NCBI GenBank assembly: GCA_951406725.2 | Contig: OX597817.1 | Span: 31,496,001 to 31,560,000 of the forward strand | Origin: Octopus vulgaris | Taxonomy: Eukaryota | Direction: 5' to 3' | DNA length: 64,000 nt | Shown: in pieces, positions 53,363 through 64,000 of the stretch | Position numbering within the stretch: the first letter of the stretch is position 1 | Layout of the letters: every line of letters begins with the position of its first letter | Notes under the pieces: model-generated | Seen by the model: only the letters and a program-made list of their open reading frames with translations | Told to the model about the DNA's origin: nothing | The model's database searches: none | Translations under genes and position numbers: made by a program

Positions 53363-53488
53363 GTGTATAAGTAAATAATTCAGAACTGAATACGTTTCAG
53401 ACGCTGCACGAAGCTTTTCATTTACAAATATGTATGTATATATGTAAGAGTGTATGTATGTATATATACATATATATGTATGTATATA

Positions 53489-53539
<51 letters not shown>

Positions 53540-53622
53540 ATGTGTGTGTGTGTATGTGTATGTGTGTATATATATATATATGTATGTATATATGTATGTA
53601 TGTATGTATGTATATATATATG

Positions 53623-53683
<61 letters not shown>

Positions 53684-54100
53684 ATATATATATATGTATG
53701 TATATATATATGTATATATATATTTGTATGTATCCATATATATATGTATATATGTATATATATATATATGTATGCATGTATATATATTTGCATATATATG
53801 TATATATATTTGTATGTATGCATATACGTATATGTATGTATATATATATATATTTATATATTTGTATGCATGTATATATATTTGCATGTAGGTATATATA
53901 TGTTTGTATGTATGCATATATATTTTATGTATATATGTATATGTATATATATTTGTATGTATGTATATATATGTATATATATATATATATGTGTGTGTAT
54001 GTATATATGTATGTGTATATGTATGTGTTTATGTGTATATATATGTATGTATATATATATATGTGTGTGTGTGTGCGTGAGTATGTATGTATTTGTATAT
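51772..54100. repeat. Long (TA)/(TATG) degenerate microsatellite tracts (51772-52435 and 53275-54100)
   Basis: Direct reading; the first tract lies inside a minus-strand SINE A. Confidence 0.9.
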
Positions 54101-54427
54101 ATCGTTCGCGTTTCCTTGCCTGCATGACTCAGGGTATTTGTCGAGTCAGATTTTCTGCCACCGGATGCCTCTCCTATCACCAACCCTCACTTATTTCCAA
54201 ACAGGGTAACATTATCCCATGGCCAGAAACGTTTTTCACGGTAATTTAACATGTATAACGATGATGGTCATTTACAACAACCACGTGATGTAAATGGATA
54301 CACGCGCACGCACAGATACATATGACAGGCTTCCGCACAGTTGCGCCTGCGCGTATCCATCAATATAGAATATTGAAACGTGTATATCTAAAAAATATAC
54401 ATATATATACATGCATAAACGATGAAT

Positions 54428-54737
54428 ATGTGTTGTTGTTTGCTCCTTCTCGAGTCACGCCTGGCTCATAGGACCGGTTTCCGGTTTCCTTAGCGTATAA
54501 GTTCCCCACCTGGACGGGACGCCGGTCCGTCGCAGGTGAGCTGCAAGATGCAGGAGGAACTTGTGAAAGAAAGTTGTGGTGAAGGAGTGAGCAGAAGTCG
54601 GTCATTACCTTCTTCCGGAGCCGCATGGAGCTTAGGTGTTTCGCTCATAAGTACACACATCGCCTGGTCTGAGATTCGAACCCGCGATCCCTCGACCACG
54701 AGCCCGCTGCTCTAACCACTAGGCCCTGTGCCTCCAC
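54428..54737 (-). mobile_element. Family C-related SINE with (AAC)n tail
   Basis: Minus strand GGAGGCACAGGGCCTAGTGGTTAGAGCAGCGG..GGTTCGAATCTC; tail AAACAACAAC. Confidence 0.8.
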
Positions 54738-54994
54738 CATGATGAATATAGGTATAATAAATACCAGGCAATTCTCTTAACGAAAGATAAACAAACATGT
54801 GCCTTGTGACGATTACAACCCACACACTGCTTGACACAAATGTTGGTATGTTTACGTAGCCATAACATAGTGATTCGGCGTAAGAAATAAAAGGGGAGGG
54901 GTGATAATCTCAAGAATGAAATATACTCCGAAATTAGAGATATGGAGAATTAAGGAAGCGACACCTATGATGGCTTTTCATATATATATATTCC

Positions 54995-55176
54995 TTTATT
55001 CTTTCATTTGTTTCAGTCATTTGACCGGCCATGCTGGAGCAACACCTTTACGCGAACAAATCGAAACCTAGAACTTATTCTTTGTTAGCCTAGTACTTAT
55101 TATATCGGTCTCTTGTACCGAACCGCTAAGTTACGAGGACGTAAACATACTAACACCGGTTGTCAAGCAATGAGGG

Positions 55177-55231
<55 letters not shown>

Positions 55232-55630
55232 CGACGGGCTTCTTTCAGTTTCCGTCTACCAAACCCACTCAGAAATGTTTTGTCGGCCCGATGCTATAGA
55301 AGACACTTGCCCAAGGTGCCATGTGGTTGGTAAGCAAGCTACTTACCACACAGCCACTATTGCGCCTGGCCACATGGTTCCGTGTTCAGTGCCACTGCGT
55401 AGCATCCTGGGCAACACTCTTCTCAGGCCGACCAAAACCTTGCGAGTGGATATGGTAGCTGGAAACTGAAAGAAACCCGTCGTATATAAATAAATATGTG
55501 TGTGCATCATTTTGCGTCTGAGTGTGTCCCCTCCCCCTCTCAACCCACACACCGCTTGACAACCCGTGTTGGTCTGTTTACGTAGCCATAACAGTGGTCC
55601 GGCAAAAAACAAAAAACAAAGAATAAGTGT
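54995..55630. mobile_element. Head-to-head pair of SINE A copies
   Basis: Minus copy ~54995-55368, plus copy ~55369-55630. Confidence 0.7.
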
Positions 55631-55744
55631 GTATATACACACACACACACACACACATGCATATATATATAGGAATATACACGTGTATATGTCTATTTAA
55701 TACGTATGTCTGTGTAAATATACATGTTTATATTCATATGTAAT

Positions 55745-55780
<36 letters not shown>

Positions 55781-56654
55781 TATATACATATATATGTAAA
55801 TGTAAAAATACACACAAAATCGTAAAACATTTAGAAGACGATACAAAAAACACGGACGGGATATTCGAAGCCTAATCTTCAGTCAAGAACCGGATCATCC
55901 TCGCAATTTCGGCTGATTAATATATATATATATTTACACGGGTGTATATATGCTTGTGTGTGCATAGAATTATATACTTATATGCATCTATGTTTATGTA
56001 TAAGGGTATGTATTTGTTTCTTTAGAACACGAGTGTGCAATATGTATGTATGTATAAAATATATATTGTACCCAAATACATATATGATATATGTATGCAT
56101 ATATACATGTAGGTGAATGTGTGCCATTAACTGCGATTCTTCAAAAGAGGTCTTTAGAACGTGTACCAAACTTAAAAACTAAGTATTGGAATCGATTTGT
56201 TCGTCTCAACCTGTAAGATGGTGCTCCAGCGTGACCGCAATCTAATGACGGATACAAGTAAGAGATAATAATGTATGTATAAAGAGAGATTCAGAAACAC
56301 ATTGTTTGAATGCCAATAGTTCAAGCTGTCACACATTTGATTATCATATAGCTGAGAAAATAATATTTCAAGTCGTTATGTAACAATAACTAACTCATGA
56401 CTTACATAATTTATGTATTGTTATCTGTTATCCCAGTACTTGATATTTGTAAAGGAGCTACTTATTGTGTCGTTCTCTTTTGCCAAACTGCTAAGTTACG
56501 GAGAGAACAAACTAGCTATGGTGGTCAAGCGGTGGCAGACACACACACACACACACACAGAGCTTTGGCTAACCCAGGGCTATAAAATTGCCACGCAGCA
56601 GGACTGCACCCGGAACCATGTGTTTGGAAAGCAATGCATTTGTGTGTGTGTGTG

Positions 56655-56910
56655 ATCATCATCATGATCATCATCATCATCGTTTAACGTCCGTTTTCCA
56701 TGTTAGCATGGGTTAGACGGTTCGACAGGGGTCTGGGAAGCCAGGAGGCTGCACCAGGCTCCGGTCTGACCTGGCAGTGTTTCTACAGCTGGTTGCCCCT
56801 CCTAACACCAACCACTCCGTGAGTGTAGTGGGTACTTTTTACGTTCCACCGGCACAGGGGCCCGAGGAGGCTGGCAACGGCTACGATCGGTTGGTGCTTT
56901 TTACGTGCCA
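56655..56910 (-). mobile_element. SINE-like repeat with (GAT)n tail; other fragments at 41170-41220 and 62652-62815
   Basis: Shared CATG..AGCATGGA.AACGGACGTTAAA.GATGATG end and TTAGGA.G.GCA.CCAGCTGTAGAA body. Confidence 0.7.
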
Positions 56911-57703
56911 TACATATTCATATATTTATGTTTATGTATGTGTGCACACATATGCATATGTCTATACACACACAAATATATACATATAGGCTTATTGTTG
57001 CGAGTGAGTTTATTTCTACTGTAACTACTTTCTGTGGCTTTTATTTTTTCCTGAATTCATTTATTACATAGTAAAAAATATTATAGATTGTTAAGTGCAT
57101 TCAGTGTTGCAGTGAATACACAACAGTTACAAATATAACTGTGTGCACACAATTACAGACTCACACGTGCGCGCGCCGGCGTATATACATCTATTGTCTG
57201 TTCGTTGAATGTACGCTACTTGAATATTGCTTTACATTTTTCCGGTCAGCTGTTGAGACGACATTGAAAGCGATTCGCAGAACTCCTTGAATACTTTGTC
57301 ATGGACTTCTCGTTCAATCAAAGCAACCATTTTGCCAGGGTTTGGGGACCTGCTCTTTTGCAAGTGAAAGGTTGTGAGATTTGAACTCATAACGAAAAAG
57401 TTTACGGTAGATGTACCGCTACACTTCTACAGTACACATAACTAAACTGGTTCTTTACTTTTATCAAACTCGGAGGGTTTAAAAAAAAACAACGTTGCCC
57501 GAGGCAGGATTTGAACTACAATGTAAAGATATGAATACATACATATAAACATACCTTCTTATACATACACGATCACACACAGTTGTCTGAAATGTTTGTG
57601 TAAGCATTTGTATATATGTATGCGGATGCATATGTAAACACGGACGTGTATTTCTATGCATATAGACAGACATACAGGCAGGCAGGCAGGCAGGCAGGCA
57701 GAC

Positions 57704-57804
<101 letters not shown>

Positions 57805-59923
57805 TCTTCACATCCAACAGAATAAATTCTGAAGTTGTTTTGGACTAGAAGTTATTTCTCGTTCTTATATTAAGTGGCTGCTTTAATGCTTTGTCCGTTC
57901 CTGGCCAATTTCTGTTTCACCTAATTAAGATGAAATTAAGATGTCTACATGTGTTATATATTGATTATCTTTAGTTCAACAGCGGATAACAAATATACAT
58001 ACTCTAAATATCCTGTTAGGAACTGAACTTAAAACCTGTATTTTCTTCGTGTGTGAGATCTGACCTCCATTCCTCCCTTTTCTTCAATTTTTCTCATAAA
58101 CAAGAAGCCATAACACCAACTGTCAGATGAGTTTTACGCCCTAATATCTTGCGCAGATAATGTAAAATTATAATATTCTTGTTCATGTACGTCTACATAA
58201 TATAATGACATGCTTTGAGCGTCCCAACTTACAGATTCAATGTAACAACGTAACATCGTATATGATATTATACACACACGTCGTAACTTATATTTCTCCT
58301 TGCTGAGCACTCTGAAGGTATTTTTCAATATGTTTTGAATATCACTTCGTTCCTTTGTTCATTCCTGGCCAATTTACATCACAACCATTCATGATGTTAA
58401 CAAAGATTGTGTTGTACATCTAAACTGATTGCTATCTTTACTTCAACAGCGGCTGATAAGCTGAATAATAACCGAAATATCTAATGTTTCTTTATGTAGT
58501 ACATTTCAGGTTCATTCTTCCGTTTATTGAATTTAAATAGGCTTAAAGTTACAGCACCAACTAAATGTGTTAGTGTGCACTCTCAGAGTCTTAAATAGCT
58601 CATCTTTGTGAATTGTAATTGTACTAAGTTTCAACGAGATTTACAAATTCCATCTGCTCTTTATAAAGTTATTTTTGAGGTATTTAGTCATACTGCGATC
58701 ACTCGGAAATGAAATATCTCTCTTAGATGATATATATGTCTAATATCTACATTCATGTGCACATATCTTCTATACGCATAATGTGTTGTTTTCAATAGCA
58801 ATATAACAAGTCACTTCACCAAATGGAGCAGTTCTTATTGAAGATTACGCAAAGTGTTATCCACTTCATTAATAAGAATCAATTAAGTCAACGCGTGTTG
58901 ACCTCACATTGGCCACATCCAGCTTGACCAGATCTATGGTTTTCTTAGAGTTTTGTGACAAAAAAATATGCATCACAACATCTTATTTCTTTTAAAAGCA
59001 ACAGTAATAGAAATTAGTTGTTATAGCTTTGTTCATCCTCAAGTAAGCTTTGATTCTGGTGTTCTTGACTCAAGGGACGCACAAAAAGCAACTACTTCTT
59101 ACCTTTTTTCTTTTTCAGGTACTTAGGTTTACATTATCTAATTTATGCTACCTTTATTTTTAAGATGATAGTCTGTGGTATGTAGGAGACTTGGATGCTA
59201 TTTCTTGTCAATTAAACAATTGCGATGAGTAATTCGTACTTGATGTGAGAGAACTGATAGCGACAGATTTCAAATCGCACTATATAATCAGTTTTTTTTC
59301 TTTCATCATCCAGGGGTCGATAAAATAGAAAACAAAACCACCATTCTGGGACTGATTCAAACGACTATTCCTTTACTCCATAACAAATGCGGTTCTTGTA
59401 ATATTGGTTTCAAATTTTGGCATAAGGCCGGCAGTTTCGTGAGGAAAAACTAGTCGATTACATGGACCCCAGGGGTCAACTGATACGTATTTTATCGACC
59501 CCAGAATGGTGAAAGACAGTCTTACCACGGCGGGATTTGAATTCTGAATATACATCTGGAAGAAATGTGGCTAAGCATTTTCCGGCATGCTAACGGTTCT
59601 GCCTTAAGAAATCTATATAAAGACCAAATTAAATTGCAATAGATTTGCAGATTCAGTGGATAATAGGAAAAAAAATTGCCCTATATTTAGAGTTACATTA
59701 CTTTATATTGGTGAGTTCAGATCCCTCAGTCAACTTGGTAATTCCACATTCTCGGGCTGACAAAATAAATATCAGTCAACATTTGACTGTACTCCATCCA
59801 AATTGCACGGCGTCGTGCTTAAGTTCGAAATCAATATAAAGAATGAATTGTGAAAAGTATTTTCGTGCATTTTTTTGATACAGTTTGAATGGTTATATAA
59901 AATTATGAAAATATGTTCTATTA

Positions 59924-60379
59924 TAGGCGCAGGCATGGCTGTGTGGTAATAAGCTTATTTCCCAACCACATGGTTCCGAGTTCAGTCCCACTGCATGGCA
60001 TCTTGGGCAAGTGTTTTTACTATAGCCTCGGGTCGACCAAAGCCTTGTGAGTGGATTTGGTAGAGAGGAACTGAAAGAAGTCCGTCATATATATATATAT
60101 ATATATATAATTTTAATCCAAACGGGAAAACAAAAAAACAACAACAATGGAACAATTACAGTATTATTATTAATAGGCGCTCAGGAAATGGAAGCATATA
60201 TGAAGTTAATCCAAACATGAAAGCAAAAAAAAAACACAACGCGAGGACGTATTATTGTATATAGTATTATTGGACGCTCAGGAAAGAAGGGGGGTTTAAC
60301 GTTTCGAGCGGAGCTCTCCGTCGGAAATATAGGAGAAGGGAAGACAGAGGAAAAAAATCGCCAACGGTACACACGCGGT

Positions 60380-60431
<52 letters not shown>

Positions 60432-60620
60432 TTGTGTGTATCTGTGTTTGTCCCCCCAGTACCATCACTTGACAACCTATGTTGGTGTGTTTACGTCCCC
60501 GTAACTTAGCGGTTCGGCAAAAGAGACCGACAGAATAGGTACAAGTCCTGGGGATGATTTGCTCAACTAAAGGCGCTGCTCCAGCATGGCCGCAGTCAAA
60601 TGGCTGAGAGAACTAAAAGG
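59924..60620 (+). mobile_element. SINE family A with a family H2 element (60112-60383, minus strand) inserted in its (TA)n
   Basis: SINE head 59924-60086, (TA)n, H2 copy with partial duplication, (TA)n, SINE tail 60430-60620. Confidence 0.85.
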
Positions 60621-60722
60621 ATATTTAAATTGCAATTAAAATATCTTGCACACTAAATCTTTATATTCATACACATTAACCTTCTCTAATAGTATACTAC
60701 AATTTCGAAAGATTTGGTATGT

Positions 60723-60756
<34 letters not shown>

Positions 60757-61709
60757 CTTGGGTGTGTGATTGCGTAAGCGTGTAGGTTTGGAGTGGGAGT
60801 CAGTGTAGTGACGATTTTTCCCCTTCAGCCAGCATTAATTGGATACATGACCATAATTACGTGATTTAACACCGAACGCATTCACACGAGTACGTTTGGA
60901 ATACTGATGTTATTTATCCCCAAGTCAATGTGGCCTAGGCAATCTAAAAAAAACATTCCAGATGTAGCCATCCCGTCGATTAGCTGTGTAGGAGATCCAG
61001 GATCCATGACATTTAACGTGTCCATTTTTTTTTTATTAAACGATCGGGTATGATTTGAGGATAATTCAGCTGCTATATTCAGCAGATCGAGCGTCTATTT
61101 AGGGACTTTCTTATTAGCTGGAGGGTGGAAGGAATTTTTATGATGTATTCATTGATAGAAATAAATCGAGTGAACTGAAGTCTGCTTTATGTGAGTGTGT
61201 ATGTACGGATGTCGGTATGTGAGTGTGTGTTGAATTTTGTGTTTTGTGAATATTGCAACCTATTTCTTCTAAAAGTTCTAAGAAAGTGTCAAGGATTCTC
61301 TAATTCAGAAACACCCTAAAACAGAAGTAATTTCATCATTCACTCTCTCCACTCAAACCTTTTTTTTTTCTTTCCTATTTTTAATACAATTCACGTCTGT
61401 ACATATACGTGATATATGTGTGCACGTCTGTATATATATAATGTATGTGTACACATTATATATAGATATATTCAAATTATATATAATATTACATAAATAT
61501 ATATTTTATATAATATTACACATATATATTATATATGATATTATATATATATTAAACATGATATAACATATATTTTACATATATATTATATATGATGCTA
61601 CATATATATATTACATATATATATTATATATATTACATATGATATTACATATATATAGTATATATGATATTACATATATTATATACATATATATTACATA
61701 TGTATACTC

Positions 61710-62074
61710 TTTTATTTGTTTCAGTTATTTGACTACGGCCATGCTGTAGCACAGTTTTTAGTCGAGCAAATCGACGCCGGGACTTATTCTTTGTAAGTCC
61801 AGTATTAATTCTATCGGTCTCTTAAGCCGAATCGCTAAGTTACGGGGACACAAACACACTACAATCGATTGTCAAGCGATGTGGTGGGGGGACAAACACA
61901 GACACAAATATATATACACACACACACACATATATATATATACATATATACGACCGGCTTCTTTCAGTTTCCATCTGCCGAATCCACTCACTAGGTTTGG
62001 TCAGCCCGAGGCTATGGTAGAAGACCCAGATTCATGTGGTTGGTAAGCAAGCTACTTACCACACAGCCACTCCT

Positions 62075-62076
<2 letters not shown>
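61710..62076 (-). mobile_element. SINE family A
   Basis: Reverse complement of consensus with an internal deletion. Confidence 0.85.
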
Positions 62077-62132
<56 letters not shown>

Positions 62133-62589
62133 ATTATGATATTATATGTATATAATGTATATATAATATAAAATATAATATTACATATATATATTATATG
62201 TACATAATATATATAAAATATATATATATTACATATATATATCATATATATAATTATATATATATATTATATAATATATATCATATATACAAGATATATC
62301 ACATACAAAATATATATATATAATATGTATAATACATATATATAATATTCTATTTATATGTATATATTATATATGATATATATATATATAATATATAGAA
62401 TTACATAATATATGTATATAATAATATACATATAAAATATATGTATATTATATAATATATATTATATGTATATAATACATATATATATATATATATATAA
62501 TATATATATAAATATATATATGATATATAATAAATACATATATGTATAATATTATATATGTATATATATCCTGTATATGTATATATATC

Positions 62590-62645
<56 letters not shown>

Positions 62646-62855
62646 ATATTCACACTCTCGGAGTGGTTGGCATTAGGAAGTGCATCCAGCTGTAGAATCT
62701 CAGCCAGATCAGATTGGAGTCTTGTGCAGCCATTTCGTTCACTAGTCCTCAGTCAAATCGTCGAACCCATGCCTGCATAGAATGCGGACGATAAACCATG
62801 ATGATATTGATGATTATATAAAATATTATTTATCAAATATATGCAACATAATATG

Positions 62856-62918
<63 letters not shown>

Positions 62919-62926
62919 CATATAAT

Positions 62927-62957
<31 letters not shown>

Positions 62958-62988
62958 TAATACATATATAATATATATACATAATATA

Positions 62989-63019
<31 letters not shown>

Positions 63020-63575
63020 TAATATATATACATAATATATATAACATTATATATACACAATATATAAATATATTATAATATAATGTAATATATGTCTCTA
63101 TAATATATATAGATATATATAAGTTTATATAATTTATATCTATATAATGTCTATATAATTTTTTATAATATATATCTATATAATATCTATATAATTTTAT
63201 ATAATTTATATCTATACAATGTCTATATAATTTTTTATAATATATATCTATATAATATCTATATAATTTTATATAATATATATCTATATAATATTATATA
63301 TAATATATATACATATATATAATATTTATATAATATATATAATACTATATAATATATATATATATATACATATATAATTTTATGTATATAATTTCATATA
63401 TATAATTTTATGTATATAATTTCATATATATAATATTATATGTAATATATATATTATACATAATTTTATATAATATATATAACATTTTATATAAACTAAT
63501 ATTAATATACTTATATAATCAATATCTATAAATATCATATATTTACATATATAATGTATATATATATATATAGAT
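62077..63575. repeat. AT-only low-complexity field including a ~70-bp minisatellite (about 63090-63290)
   Basis: Direct reading. Confidence 0.9.
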
Positions 63576-64000
63576 ACACATCTATAGGCGCGCATAATTC
63601 TTCGGAATGAGTTTCGCGCAGAATTTATTCTAGATTTAATCGTTTTAAGTTTTTAATCGTTCTAAGTTCAAAAGTCACCGTGGTCTCCCTAAGTTTAAGG
63701 TTACCAAACAGTCTTGTATTCTTTCATGGAAACCACTGCTTCAAGCACTCGAGCTAGGTTCTGCGTTGAAGGACGCATCCCTTCCTCTCACTTACAACGT
63801 CTAAGTTACGGTCCTTCCATCTGACAAAAGAATATAAATAGTTGATTATATTTGATGAGAAATCATATATGTGTATATGAAAATATAAATAAATATATGT
63901 ATATGCAGATGCATCTCTTGATATAAATAAATGCATGCAAATATAAATATATAGTTAATGTGTATCTTAATATTTATATTAATATCTTAATATTTATATT

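Noticed and set aside
53370-53425. Partial hammerhead-like GAAACGTA on minus strand (also Penelope-like scraps at 485-560 and 55800-55920)
   Set aside because: No convincing CTGANGA core with a pairing stem II
51686-54249. Long Y/I/M/C-rich ORFs (also 19583-21177, 24464-25385, 34707-35265, 62012-63060)
   Set aside because: Stop-free (TA)/(TG)/(TATG) repeats, not genes
59095-59125. Acceptor-like TTTTTTCTTTTTCAG as the next exon of the gene
   Set aside because: Lies within a diverged dispersed repeat and is not followed by a credible reading frame

Overview
AT-rich, repeat-saturated animal genomic DNA. The SINE families and microsatellite load resemble a coleoid cephalopod (Octopus-like), which is an inference. 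Only one convincing host coding exon is present: 38637-39201 (+), a Gly/Ser/Tyr/His-rich N-terminal region ending at a G|GTAAGT donor, possibly from a developmental transcription factor. The rest is microsatellite, at least four tRNA-derived SINE families, LINE remnants (CR1-type, RTE, and R4/Dong- and HERO-like restriction-endonuclease types), DNA-transposon remnants (mariner, hAT) and MITEs. Most ORFs in the track are microsatellite or SINE artefacts. The most notable unannotated signal is a set of short non-coding elements carrying minimal type-I hammerhead ribozyme motifs of the kind associated with Penelope-like retroelements, in three sequence families. One family is a fold-back element with a tRNA-derived Pol III head, an (AAT)n spacer and a hammerhead, and its palindromic apex recurs at two independent loci. 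All calls were made by eye; no searches or folding programs were run.
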